In this document: positions 20,355 to 31,900 of the stretch, in pieces
Layout of the letters: each line of letters begins with the position of its first letter
How positions within the stretch are numbered: the first letter of the stretch is position 1
Assembly: GCA_948989975.1 (NCBI GenBank)
Contig: CARHSH010000001.1
Span: forward strand, 146,906-210,905
Origin: an uncultured Lachnospiraceae bacterium
Lineage (GTDB): Bacteria; Bacillota; Clostridia; Lachnospirales; Lachnospiraceae
Length of the DNA: 64,000 bases
Direction: 5' to 3'
The notes under the pieces: generated by a model
The model's database searches: none
What the model was told of the DNA's origin: nothing
The model's input: the letters and a program-made list of their open reading frames with translations, nothing else
Program-made: the position numbers and the translations under genes

Positions 20355-20897
20355 ATGACGGAATATGATTCAGGTTATTTGATAGGGGCAATGTTCGGCG
20401 TGATTTTGGCTTGCGCAGCGCTTGCGGCCATGTTTGGCGTTTTTAGAAAAAAACATTCGTTAAAGGGCGATTACGACGAAAGACAGCGGCTTGTACAGGG
20501 CAAAGGGTTCCATTATGCTTATGAAACGCTTTTTGTCTGTGTGGTTTCGTACATATTATTTGGCAGTTTCACGGAACCGTTTGTGTCGGGAAAGGTGCTT
20601 CTCTTTGCGGGCCTTACCATTAGCGCCCTAGTTTATGTGGCTTATGTCATTTGGAATGACAGCTACTTTGCATTAAATGACAAGCCGGCAGGCTTTATCT
20701 GGACATTTGCGGCAATCGCTGTTTGGAATCTGTTTGAAGGCATACTGGAATTGTCTAATGACGGCATGGGAATAGAAAACAGAGATTTAGACTTTGGCAT
20801 CGTTCAAATAATTACTGGGATAGCGATATTGCTGGTTTTAGCGCTTCTTTTGTTCCGGCGTTTTTGCAAAAAAGAAGAAACCATGGAGGAAGAATGA
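20355..20897 (+). CDS. 4-TM membrane protein (DUF2975-like), partner of a small XRE regulator
   Basis: Four predicted TM helices; translationally coupled (ATGA overlap) to the downstream HTH gene. Confidence 0.4.
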   Translation: MTEYDSGYLIGAMFGVILACAALAAMFGVFRKKHSLKGDYDERQRLVQGKGFHYAYETLFVCVVSYILFGSFTEPFVSGKVLLFAGLTISALVYVAYVIWNDSYFALNDKPAGFIWTFAAIAVWNLFEGILELSNDGMGIENRDLDFGIVQIITGIAILLVLALLLFRRFCKKEETMEEE

Positions 20898-21103
20898 AAA
20901 ATTTAAGGTTAAAAGCGGCACGGGCAGGGCTTGACCTTTCCCAGCAGGAACTGGCGGAAAAAGTGGGCGTGACGAGACAGACGATTAGCGCGATCGAAAA
21001 AGGAGACTATAACCCGACGATTCATCTATGTATTGCAATCTGCAAAGCGCTTGGCAAGACGTTAGATGAATTGTTTTGGCAGGAAGATGGCAAAACATCT
21101 TAA
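20894..21103 (+). CDS. XRE-family helix-turn-helix transcriptional regulator (YozG-like, 69 aa)
   Basis: LSQQELAEKVGVTRQTISAIEKGDYNPT HTH. Start taken at the ATG at 20894 after GGAGGAAGA. Confidence 0.8.
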   Translation: MKNLRLKAARAGLDLSQQELAEKVGVTRQTISAIEKGDYNPTIHLCIAICKALGKTLDELFWQEDGKTS

Positions 21104-21179
21104 ATTTCCATGATTTTCCATGTACAAAGAACCTCATTTTTACAAATAGTACATGTAAGAACACTAGGAGGTCTTTGGA

Positions 21180-22595
21180 ATGAAACAGTTTATGGATAGG
21201 GATTTTCTGCTTACAACGGAATGCGCAAAAAAGCTGTATCATGGCATTGCAAAACGCTTGCCGGTTTTGGATTATCATTGCCATATTAACCCAAGGGAAA
21301 TTGCGGAAAATAGGAAATTTGAGACGATAACACAGGTCTGGCTGGGCGGCGATCATTATAAATGGCGGCAGATGCGGGCAAACGGGGTAGAGGAACGCTA
21401 TATTACCGGCGATGCATCGGACTATGAGAAGTTTATAAAATGGGCAGAGACGCTTGAACAGGCGGTTGGAAATCCCCTGTATCACTGGAGCCATTTAGAA
21501 TTGCAGAGATATTTCGGATATAGGGGAGCATTAAACAGAGAAACGGCAGATGAAGTCTGGCAGCTCTGCAATGAAAAACTGCGTCAGGATACAATGTCGG
21601 CGCGAAGCTTAATTGAAACGTCGAATGTGACATTGATTTGCACGACTGACGATCCGGCAGACAGTTTAAAATGGCATAAAGAAATCGCGTCAGATGAAAG
21701 TTTTTCTGTTCAGGTTCTTCCGACATTTCGTCCGGATCGCGCGATGCAGATAGAAAAACCGGATTATCTTGATTATTTAGAAAATCTGGCTCAGGTGAGC
21801 GGAGCGCGGATTCAGTCGTTTGATACATTAATTGAGGCATTGCGGCGCCGAATGGATTTTTTCGCTGAAATGGGATGCCGGATTTCAGATCATGGGCTTT
21901 ATTTTGTGATGTGCCGTCCGTCAGGCATAGAAGAAACAGAAGCGGTCTTTCGAAAAAGGCTTTTGGGAGAATTGCTTACAAAAGAAGAAACGTTGATGTT
22001 TCAAACTGCGTTTATGCTGGAAATGGGCAAGGAATATTATGACAGAAATTGGGCGATGCAGCTTCACTATGGATGCAGGCGTGATAATAACGGCAAAGCT
22101 TTCCGGATGCTTGGGGCGGATTCCGGTTTTGACTGCATTTCAGATTTTACGCCGGCAGAGGAGCTTGCGGAGTTTTTAAATGCTCTGAGTGAGCTTGGAA
22201 AACTGCCCAAAAGCATTTTATATTCGCTTAACCCGAATGACAATGCAGTGATTGGGACTCTGGCAGGCTGTTTTCAGGACGCATCCGCCATCGGCAAAAT
22301 CCAGCAGGGTTCGGCATGGTGGTTTAATGACCATAAAGAAGGCATGAAAGCGCAGATGACGTCTCTTGCGAACTTAGGGCTGTTAGGGAACTTTATCGGA
22401 ATGCTGACGGATTCGAGAAGCTTCCTTTCTTATACAAGGCATGAATATTTCCGCAGAATTTTGTGCTCACTCATTGGCGGCTGGGTGGAAAATGGGGAAT
22501 ATCCGGCAGACGAAGCGGCTCTTACGCGGATCATTAAAGGAATTTCCTATAACAATGCAGTCCGGTATTTTGGGTTTTCTGTCGATCCGGCATAA
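21180..22595 (+). CDS. uxaC: Glucuronate (uronate) isomerase
   Basis: The N-terminal motif, centred on LPVLDYHCHINP, is characteristic of UxaC; 471 aa. Confidence 0.85.
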   Translation: MKQFMDRDFLLTTECAKKLYHGIAKRLPVLDYHCHINPREIAENRKFETITQVWLGGDHYKWRQMRANGVEERYITGDASDYEKFIKWAETLEQAVGNPLYHWSHLELQRYFGYRGALNRETADEVWQLCNEKLRQDTMSARSLIETSNVTLICTTDDPADSLKWHKEIASDESFSVQVLPTFRPDRAMQIEKPDYLDYLENLAQVSGARIQSFDTLIEALRRRMDFFAEMGCRISDHGLYFVMCRPSGIEETEAVFRKRLLGELLTKEETLMFQTAFMLEMGKEYYDRNWAMQLHYGCRRDNNGKAFRMLGADSGFDCISDFTPAEELAEFLNALSELGKLPKSILYSLNPNDNAVIGTLAGCFQDASAIGKIQQGSAWWFNDHKEGMKAQMTSLANLGLLGNFIGMLTDSRSFLSYTRHEYFRRILCSLIGGWVENGEYPADEAALTRIIKGISYNNAVRYFGFSVDPA

Positions 22596-22656
22596 TGGCA
22601 AAAACGCCAGTGGCTTTGCAATAGTCTGCGGAATAAATCGGATGCGGGGCGATCTG

Positions 22657-22702
22657 GCAAAAGCGGCAAACCGTCGGGAAAGGACAAGTTTGCCGCTTTT
22701 GC
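22657..22702 (+). terminator. Strong hairpin after uxaC (gcaaaagcggcaaac / gtttgccgcttttgc)
   Basis: 15-bp perfect stem with a 16-nt loop; the T tract is weak. Confidence 0.4.
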
Positions 22703-22819
22703 TGAAATTTGGCTGAATGTTTGGGAAAAAGAGTTTCTGTAAGAAAATGGCTGACGGCGCTTGTGTTCCATTTATTTTCAGGTATAATATAAGAAAATTG
22801 CTCTTGGGAGGGGAAATTA

Positions 22820-24013
22820 GTGCGGATTTTAGTATATAAATGGCGGGCATATAACTATGCAGATATCTGTGAAGCGTTTTTGGCGCTTGGCTATGACATT
22901 CTTACATACGAGCAGGATTTGGACAACTATGATGAAGACAGTGAATTTGAAGCTTTACTAGCGAATATGATAGTAGAAGAAGCCTGTGATATGGTGTTTA
23001 CCGTGAATTACTTTGCGCTCGTGACGTCTGTCTGTGAAAAAACCCATGTCCCGTATGTGGTTTGGACTTGTGACAATCCACTGATTAGTATGTACCACAA
23101 AAATGTGTTTTGTCCCTGCAATTATTTTTTTACTTTTGATAAGACTAATTTCCTTGAATTTCGGGAAATGGGCGTTTCCCATATCTGGCATTTGCCGTTA
23201 GCAGTGAATACGAAGCGGCTGGACTATCTTTTAGGGCATTTTTACGATCAGGCGTTATATGAAAATGACATTGCATTTGTGGGAAGTTTGTACGAGCGGA
23301 ACAGCTATGACAGGCTGCGTCCTTCTCTGCCGGAGTATTTACAGGGATATTTTGATGCGGCAATCTGGGCGCAGCAGTGCATAAGCGGCGGCAATATAAT
23401 AGAAGAAATGCTTCCGGTAGGCATATTAGAAAGATTACAGCAATATTTTAAGCTGGAAAAATCAGAAGGCTCTTTTTCGGATTTGGGGCTGATCTTTTCC
23501 ACTACTGTTCTTGGATTTAAAACGGCGGCGGAACAGCGGCGGCGCGCGCTGTTAGAACTTTCCAAAAAATATCATGTGACAATTTACAGCAACAGTGACA
23601 CAAGCGGTTTGTTTAAAGTCCGTTATGGCGGGTCTTTGGATTATTGGAGCGAAATGCCAAAAGTGTTTGCGGCGTCGAAAATTAATCTGAACTTTACGAT
23701 TCCAAATATCAAAAGCGGCCTTCCGCTTCGGATTTGGGATATTTTGGGCAGCGGCGGATTTTTAATGACAAATTTCCAAGCGGAAATTCCTGCTTACTTT
23801 AAAAATAAAGAAGATTTAGTTTGTTTTGAAAGCATAGAAGAATTGTCGGAACTTTCCGGTTACTATCTGGCGCATGAGGAAGAACGCAGGCGGATAGCCG
23901 GAAACGGCTATAAAAAAGTGAAAAAATATCATACATTTGAGCAGAGAATAGAACAAATGATGGAACTTGTAAAAAAAGAAAATGGAGGCGGGAAAAAGTG
24001 GAACAAATCATAA
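22820..24013 (+). CDS. CgeB-like spore-maturation / glycosyltransferase-family protein (GTG start)
   Basis: The C-terminus (CFESIEELSELSGYYLAHEEERRRIAGNGYKKVKKYHTFEQR) resembles CgeB / Glyco_trans_1_2; the N-terminal domain is DUF3880-like. Confidence 0.5.
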   Translation: MRILVYKWRAYNYADICEAFLALGYDILTYEQDLDNYDEDSEFEALLANMIVEEACDMVFTVNYFALVTSVCEKTHVPYVVWTCDNPLISMYHKNVFCPCNYFFTFDKTNFLEFREMGVSHIWHLPLAVNTKRLDYLLGHFYDQALYENDIAFVGSLYERNSYDRLRPSLPEYLQGYFDAAIWAQQCISGGNIIEEMLPVGILERLQQYFKLEKSEGSFSDLGLIFSTTVLGFKTAAEQRRRALLELSKKYHVTIYSNSDTSGLFKVRYGGSLDYWSEMPKVFAASKINLNFTIPNIKSGLPLRIWDILGSGGFLMTNFQAEIPAYFKNKEDLVCFESIEELSELSGYYLAHEEERRRIAGNGYKKVKKYHTFEQRIEQMMELVKKENGGGKKWNKS

Positions 24014-24981
24014 GGCCGAGAAGGTTACGGGGCGGGGAGACGCTTCGCAAAATGGTTCGGGAAACGAGAATCAGTAAAGCATCGCTGGTTTATCCGATGT
24101 TTGTCACGGAAGGCGAAAATATCAAAGAAGAAATCGCTTCCATGCCGGGACAATTCCGCTACAGCATAGAACGCATGGGCGAAAAACTCAGTGAACTGGA
24201 ACGGGCGGGCGTAACGAATGTGATGTTTTTTGGGATACCGAAACGAAAAGATGCATATGGCAGTATGGCGTATGCGGAAGACGGGATTGCGCAAAAGGCG
24301 TTTGCAAGAGCGAAGCAGGAATTTCCCAATCTGTATTTCATCGGCGACGTCTGTATGTGTGAATACACGTCGCATGGACACTGCGGCATTTTATGCGGGA
24401 AAGAAGTGGACAATGACGGGACGCTTTCCTATCTGGGAAAAATAGCCGTATCCCAAGCGCAGGCGGGCGCGGATATGGTGGCGCCTTCCGATATGATGGA
24501 TGGAAGGGTTCTGGCAATCCGTCAGGCGTTAGATGCAAACGGTTTTAGCAATACGCCAATTATGGCATATTCAGCAAAATATGCATCTTCTTTTTACGGC
24601 CCATTTCGGGACGCAGCAGACAGCGCTCCGGCTTTTGGAGACAGGAAAACGTATCAAATGGATTTCCATAACCGGAAAGAGGCTTTAAAAGAAGCCATGC
24701 TTGACATAAAAGAAGGCGCGGATATTGTGATGGTAAAACCTGCGATGGCATATGGAGACATTATTTGGGAAGTGAAAGAATGCGCGAATGTTCCGGTGGC
24801 ATCCTACAGCGTAAGCGGAGAATACGCCATGGTTAAGTCTGCGGCTGCCAATGGGTTTATAGAGGAAGAAGGGATCATGTGTGAAATGGCAGCGGCGGCA
24901 TACCGCGCCGGATCGGATATTTATATTACATATTATGCGAAAGAATTGGCGGACTGCATAAAACGGGGAAGAATCGGGTAG
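23998..24981 (+). CDS. hemB: Porphobilinogen synthase (delta-aminolevulinate dehydratase)
   Basis: RPRRLR, the Zn-site CxC in DVCMCEYTSHGHCG, the active-site Lys motifs, and 327 aa. Confidence 0.9.
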   Translation: MEQIIRPRRLRGGETLRKMVRETRISKASLVYPMFVTEGENIKEEIASMPGQFRYSIERMGEKLSELERAGVTNVMFFGIPKRKDAYGSMAYAEDGIAQKAFARAKQEFPNLYFIGDVCMCEYTSHGHCGILCGKEVDNDGTLSYLGKIAVSQAQAGADMVAPSDMMDGRVLAIRQALDANGFSNTPIMAYSAKYASSFYGPFRDAADSAPAFGDRKTYQMDFHNRKEALKEAMLDIKEGADIVMVKPAMAYGDIIWEVKECANVPVASYSVSGEYAMVKSAAANGFIEEEGIMCEMAAAAYRAGSDIYITYYAKELADCIKRGRIG

Positions 24982-25037
24982 CAAACAAGGCGGACTTCAA
25001 TATATTATTCTAAAAGAATATATTAGGAGCGCTTATT

Positions 25038-25589
25038 ATGGAAGAACAGAAAATGCCTTTGGAAAATCAATGCAGTTTTACAGGCATCCGGCCAGTTATG
25101 GTGGATTTGCCTTATCCAAAGATTCAGGCAGAGCGTCAAAATCCTGCATACGCCAATCTGCTTAGCAATGACTACTGTGGCGCGGTGTCTGAAATGTCTG
25201 CGATCACACAGTACATTAACAACGAAAACCGTCTGTCAGCCGTCCAATGTCCCCTTGCAAAGACATTGCTTGGAATTGCAATGGCGGAAATGATGCATTT
25301 GCAAAAACTGGGGGAGCTCATTGTTTTATTGGGCGGAGAAATCAGTTTTGCGGCGATGCAGCAGAATGGCAGGAGAAAAATGTGGACGCCGGAATACATT
25401 ACAATTCCGCAACATGCAAGGCAAATGCTGTCGGCGGACATAGAATCTGAAAAACAAGCGATACGCCAGTACCAGATGCATATGAAAGCGATACAGGATT
25501 CGGGCGTGAACGCGTTGCTTTCACGGATTATTTTGGACGAAGAATATCACATCATGATACTGCATACATTGCTGGACGAAGTGAAATAG
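25038..25589 (+). CDS. Ferritin-like Mn-catalase family protein (CotJC-like)
   Basis: Di-metal ligand pattern E...EMMHL...E...EEYH, and an overall resemblance to B. subtilis CotJC. Confidence 0.5.
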   Translation: MEEQKMPLENQCSFTGIRPVMVDLPYPKIQAERQNPAYANLLSNDYCGAVSEMSAITQYINNENRLSAVQCPLAKTLLGIAMAEMMHLQKLGELIVLLGGEISFAAMQQNGRRKMWTPEYITIPQHARQMLSADIESEKQAIRQYQMHMKAIQDSGVNALLSRIILDEEYHIMILHTLLDEVK

Positions 25590-25630
25590 ATGGAAGAACA
25601 AAAGCAATATGAGTGAAAATCCATAAGGGG

Positions 25631-25669
25631 ACGCCAAGTTTGACGCTGTTCAGGCTTGGCGTTTTTTTG
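25631..25669 (+). terminator. Rho-independent terminator (cgccaag...cttggcg + T7)
   Basis: Seen directly after the 25038..25589 gene. Confidence 0.6.
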
Positions 25670-25694
25670 TTTGTTTTTAATACTCGAAGAATCG

Positions 25695-25723
25695 TTGACA
25701 AAAGAACGTTATGGAAGTATAAT
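25695..25723 (+). promoter_or_regulatory. Promoter TTGACA-17-TATAAT driving a roughly 250-nt structured leader of the giant glycosidase gene
   Basis: Consensus hexamers; the leader contains several hairpins (for example aaccgcag...ctgcggtt at 25901..25935). Confidence 0.5.
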
Positions 25724-25977
25724 AAAATAAACCAAAAATCGGCTGTTTTTTTTGTATATTATTTATGAGATGTCCGATCCGAGCCATTCTTCCGAATGTA
25801 ACAAAGATACAATCGAGGGAGAGGTTTTTTTATCTATGGAAATCTTCCCTGTATGAGCGGAAATCTCAGAGGTTTTAGCAGAGGACAGGGGATTTTATAA
25901 AAGGAACCGCAGACTTACGGGGTAAACGCCTGCGGTTTGATGTAACTAATCATTTGTTTTAAAAAGGAGGAATTGTA

Positions 25978-28900
25978 ATGAAAGAAACGGGCAGTAAAAG
26001 AAAAATACGTTCTTTTATAGCGGGAACATTGGCTTTTCTGCTGATGGTTACGACTGCATTGTCAGGCTTTCCACCCATTCAGGCGCAAGCGGCTGCGGGG
26101 AAAATCTGGCATCGTGTAGAAACAGGAAGCGGCAATGGGAATGGGCATGCGTATTCAGATGCATCGACGAATCCGGCAGCCGTATTATTGCATCAGGATA
26201 AGATTGAATGGGAGTCGACATTTAACGTTACTTATGAAAAACAGGGTGATGCGCCTAATAAAGCGCGGCTGGGGTTTTTCTATTCTTACTTAAATGATTC
26301 GAATTGGCTGTACGTAGGATCGAATCCGGATGGGAGCTGGTATTATGAATATAACTTAGGTGGAAGTACAGGTTATCCGTCATTAGAAGGGCTTCCAGCA
26401 ATTACGGATACCAGTCGCGCAGAGATTTCTGTATCGGTAGCCCGCGAGGCATTGACGGTGACAGTAAACGGCGTGAAAGTTCAGGTAGCAAATAAAGATG
26501 TTTTTGAAGGTTTAAAGGAGGCTATCGGCAATGAAGGAAGACCGGGGTTCCGCGCTGGAAAAAATGGGACTGAGCATACGTTCTTCCGTTTTACAGATGC
26601 GAAAACCAAAGGCGCTCCCCTTAGTGATGACGGCTGGAGTTTTTTGGCTGACTGCGAAGGGCAGGTACATAATCAGGAAACGATTCCAGTATATTCCGTG
26701 ACAGGCGCCGTGAAAGATGGGAACACTCCGGTTGAAAATGCGGTTGTGCGCGTTGGGGAGGAAAGCGTGAGGACGGCAGCGGACGGTTCGTTTTCTCTTT
26801 CGGTGGAACAGGGAACGTATGTGGTGTCTGTATCTGCATCAGGCTATCAGGCATATTCCCAAGAGAATGTGGAAATAAATGCGGATAAAGATCTGGGAGA
26901 GATTGCGCTTACCAAAAAGGATGCTGTTAATTACGAGTATTTTATTAGCAATGGAACAATAAAAGCTGCAGTCAGCAACGAATTTCCGCAGGTGTTCCAA
27001 TATGAATTGACTTTAGGTGAAGACGGCGCAAAGAAAATATTTGCCGGACAGGAAACCAAATTAACGGAAATGAGAATTGGGGCCTATAATCCTGCTTATG
27101 GAGAGGATAAATCGGTTCCGCAGGTCAATTTAAAGGACATAGAGCCAACCTTAAAAAGTTTTGAAAAAGAAGAGGATCATGCAGTTTATGTGATGAATCT
27201 AAAAGACGCAGAAGCGCAGATTGATTTTGACATGACAGTGAAGATTTCAGTTTCCGAGAATGATTTAATCTGGGAAGTGACAAATATCACAAAGAATAGC
27301 GGCTGTGTGAAAATTAATACGATCGACGTGCCGGAATTAAATCTTGTGACGATTACAGACTTACAGGTGGATACCCAGTTTATGGGCGCGGTAATTTCCG
27401 GCGATACAAATGCGATCGGCGACAGGGAGATTACCTTTGAAGATGGGTTTGTTGCGAACAATTCCGGCGGTTACGCATATGGTTTTTTGTCTGCTGACGG
27501 GATTAGCGCAGGCGTGTGGAGTAATTCTGAGATGGTAAGTGACAACCGTCTTGTGCGTAATAACGGCGTGGACAGTATGTCTCTGACAAGCGCGGCATGG
27601 TATTATGATTATAATAATGACGCGACTTTCAGTTATACAGATTATACGGACGCTACAAAAAATAAAACCCTGACATTTTCGGATTATGATTCGGTAGCGG
27701 GCGTAGCGGGCGGCGTTCCTATTAGTGAACTGCCTTGCGCAAAGGTATGTTTTGCCGCTGATGAGAATGAGGATAGCGTTGTAGACTGGCAGGACGGCGC
27801 GATTGCATACAGGGATATTATGAATAACCCGTATGGATCGGAAAACACAAAAGATCTTGTGAATTACCGTATTTCCATGAACTTTAACAGTCAGGCGACA
27901 AATCCATATTTAAAGACGGCTGACAATATTAAAAAAGTATATCTTGCAACGGACGGGCTTCCGCAGGCAGTTATGATGAAAGGATACGGAAGTGAAGGCC
28001 ATGATTCTGCGAACTCCGAGTATGGATATATTGCGGATCGTCTTGGCGGTTTGGAAGAATTGAAGCAGTTGAATACGATTGCGCATAATTATAATGTCCA
28101 GATGGGTATTCATATTAATGCGCAGGAATGTTATCCGGAAGCGCAGACATTTTCTAATGATTTGGTAAATGGCGTTAATTCCCGCGGCTGGGGCTGGTTA
28201 GATCAGTCTTATAACATTAACCGCGCATATGACTTGGGCAGCGGCCTTCGTTACAAACGTTTATTACAGCTTTATGATCAGTTAAATGACACTTCGCTCT
28301 ATGCAAATAAATGGCCGGGCGTTGCTGGCCAAGGTGAAGACGAGACTGTGGCGGACGCAGAGACGATTGCGCGCACAGTTGCAGAGAAGAAAAAGACAAC
28401 GACGGAAAATCTTGATTTTATGTATCTTGACGTATGGTACGGGGCTTCATGGGAGACGCGTAAAATTGCGCAGCAGTTTAACAGTCTGGGCTGGAGATTT
28501 TCTACAGAGTTTGGCGATGAAGGGGAATATGACTCGACATGGCAGCACTGGGCAACAGAAGGCCATTATGGCGGTTCCGCGAAGAAAGGGTTAAACAGTG
28601 ATGTGATCCGTTTTATCCGGAACCATCAGAAAGATTCTTTTGTATTGAACTATCCAAGCTATGGCGGCACAGCGGATAATCCTCTGCTCGGCGGATTTGA
28701 CCTTGGCGGATTTGAAGGCTGGGGCGGCAGTAATGACAGTTTTAACGACTATATCATTAAGACATTTTTAGTAAACCTTCCAACTAAATTTTTACAGCAT
28801 TATAAAGTGTATAAATGGGAAAATTATGAAGATGGCGGCTCCCCTGTTGGAAACCATGAAAAAGAAATTACGTTAGTAAATGATGATAAAACAGAGAAAG

Positions 28901-31900
28901 TGGTTGTAACGAGAAATGAAGATCAGATTACAAGCGTAAGCGGCAACCAGAGTTTGGATTATGTAGAGCGGACAATCAAATTAAACGGCAAAAAAGTGCT
29001 GGATAATGCAACTTATCTGCTTCCATGGACAGATTGGGAAACGGATGAAGAAAAATTATACCACTTCAACTATGAAGGCGGCGCAACTACATGGGAATTG
29101 CAGGATAGCTGGAAAAACCTTGGGAGTGTTACGGTTTACGCTTTGACAGATGTAGGAAGAACAGCTAAGAAGACAGTTCCGGTTACAAATGGCAGCATTA
29201 CGTTAGATGCGGATGCAAAGATGCCGTATATTGTTGTAAAAGATGAAACCTCAGAAAAGAAGGAAATCAAAGAGCCATGGAGTGAGCATGCGCATGTAGT
29301 GGATTCCGGATTTAATAATTACAGCGGCGTAAACGTTGATTTAGGTGAGGAAGGCCCAGAGTGCCCAGAATGTAAGAAAGAAGATAAAACTACAAAAACA
29401 AAGTATAATTATTATATGGGATCAAAATTCGTGTGTCCGGTATGCAAATACGAGATGGGCGCAGATGCTGCGGATAAGTTCAAATATGAAGAACAGGGAA
29501 ATCCTTTAGATAAAGAAATTTGGAGCGGTGACATAAACGATGTGAAGGTCGTGCGCATCGGATCTACGGGAAATAAATATCTTCAGATGGGCAGTGAGAC
29601 AGAAACACAATCCGTATCTACAACAATCTCAGACTTAGAGCCGGGGACGGATTATGTAGCTCAGGTTTATGTGGAAAATAAGAGTGACGCAAAAGCATGG
29701 ATTAAGGTAACGGGAGGAAGCGAGGACGTTTCTAACTATACACTGAGATCTCTTGCGGAAAATTATGTACAGTGTGACGCGCATAGCAGGAGAGCGGTAT
29801 CTGGAAGCAGGATGCAAATTATGCAGGTTCCTTTTACTGCGGACTCTTCCACAGCGACATTGACTTTAGAACGTGAGGCAGGCGAGGATATCACATATTT
29901 TGACGATATTCGTATCGTAGATAAAAAAATCAATAATATTCAGGCGGACGGGAGCTTTAAACAGGATTTTGAATCTGTTGTATCGGGAATGTATCCATTT
30001 GTATTAGGACCGGCGCAGGGAGTTACAGACCATGTAACTCATTTGTCTGAGCTTCATGCTCCATATACACAGTCAGGCTGGGGCGGCAAAGAATCCTTAG
30101 ATGACGTTTTGGAAGGAAAATGGTCGTTAAAACATCATGGAAACAATACAGGAATCATTTACCGGACGATTCCGCAGAATCTCCATTTTGAAGCAGGTCA
30201 GACGTATAATATCAGTTTTGACTATCAGTCAGGTCAAAGAGGTCAATATTATATTGTCATTGGCGAAGGCGACGAAGTGATTCAGACTTTAGATTATATG
30301 GAGAATACAGCAGAGAATCCGTTAGGCGGGCCATCTGAAACAAAGACTTATGAATTTAGGATGGTAGGCGCTGACAGTGGGCAGTCATGGTTTGGTTTAG
30401 CAAGCGCGGCGGCATCTCTGTCAAAAGATGAAAATGATAATATTAAAGCATATGGTTTAGTGGATTTTGTTTTAGATAATCTGGAAGTGAAGAAAGTTGG
30501 CGTAAAGATTTCCGCTTCCGCTTCGACTGTAACGTCAGCCAAAGATCCGATTACATTGACAGCAGAGTTTTCCGATGAATTAGATGAATCTAATCTGGTT
30601 ACATGGACTTCTTCTGATGAAAACGTTGTAAAGGTCGTTCCGGACCCGGAAGACAGCAAGATATGTCACGCATATTTTGTAGGTTTTGGGAATGCGACTA
30701 TTACGATGAGAACTATGGTAGGAGTGCAAGAAATTGAATTGCCGTGGGCGGTTTCTTTCCCAGAGATTTTTGAACTTCCATCAGAGGAGCAGAAGAAGGC
30801 AGAATGGGCAGGGGTTTATGCAAATACAGAATCTGCGACTGATAATGACACTAAGGAGAAAGCGATTGATGGAGAGTCAGGCACTCAATGGCATTCGCAG
30901 TGGGCGTCGCCTGCATTTGTCGTATCGGAAACGAATCCGGCTCTTTTAACAGTAAAAATTGCAGATGGAGACAATATTTCAAATTACAACAGAGTTACGA
31001 TACAACAGAGAACTGGTAATGTTAATGGTTTAGTTAAAAAATATAAATGTGTCGTTGGGGATGAGTTTGACGAAACAACTCATACTGTTTCAGGGAATGT
31101 ATATACTACGGATGTTATTACTGCGAAAAAGACAGGTCAGGGAGAAAGAGAAGTTTGTGTGCTTCCGGCAGGAACTGCTGGTAAGTATTTACAGATTCAG
31201 GTACTTGAAGGTGAAGGAACTTTCGCATCGATTGCAGAACTGGAATTGGATAAAGCAGGCACAAATAATACAGATGAAGAACAAGGTTATTTTGAAGAGA
31301 ATGGCAGTAGCTGGTCAAATAAAATAACAGAAGCTCTGGAAGCAACGCTGGAAAATGCAGACGCTGTAGAGAAGGCCGGACGAGGAGATTATTCAGAAGA
31401 AAGCTGGGCTGTGTTTGAAGCGGCTCTAAACGCTGCAAAGGATCGACCGGCAGACGCTACGCCACAGCAATTATTAGAATTGCAGCAGGATCTTGTTTTG
31501 GCGATCTCTAATTTAACGGTTTCATTGGATAAGGCAAGAACGGAATTTGAAAAGGTCTTTGATGAAGCAAAGAACATATATAATGCGGGCCAAGGCAATT
31601 ATACAGATGCGAGCTGGGAGTCATTTAAGAAGGTTTATGAAGATGTAGATGTAATAAAAGATTCCCAAGATCCAAAAGTTTTGGTAAAAGGCAGGCAGAT
31701 GTTAGAAAAAGCTTTGGAAGGATTGAAAGAAAAAACTCCAGAACAGATTGAATTTGAGCAGGCGCAGCAAGAATTGAAACAATCTATGGACTCTGCATCA
31801 AAGAAGATTAGCGAGGGTCAGGGAAATTATACGACGACAAGCTGGAAGAAATTAGTCAAAGCATACGAGGATGCAAAAGAAGGGAAAAATTCTGAGGATA

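Noticed and set aside
21104-21179. catgtac-N23-gtacatg inverted repeat upstream of uxaC as an ExuR/UxuR operator
   Set aside because: The repeat is only 7 bp and does not resemble known GntR-family hexuronate operators. Too weak to call.
25730-25977. c-di-GMP or other known riboswitch in the leader of the giant glycosidase gene
   Set aside because: Hairpins are present, but I could not match any riboswitch consensus (GEMM, T-box, etc.). Reported only as a structured leader.
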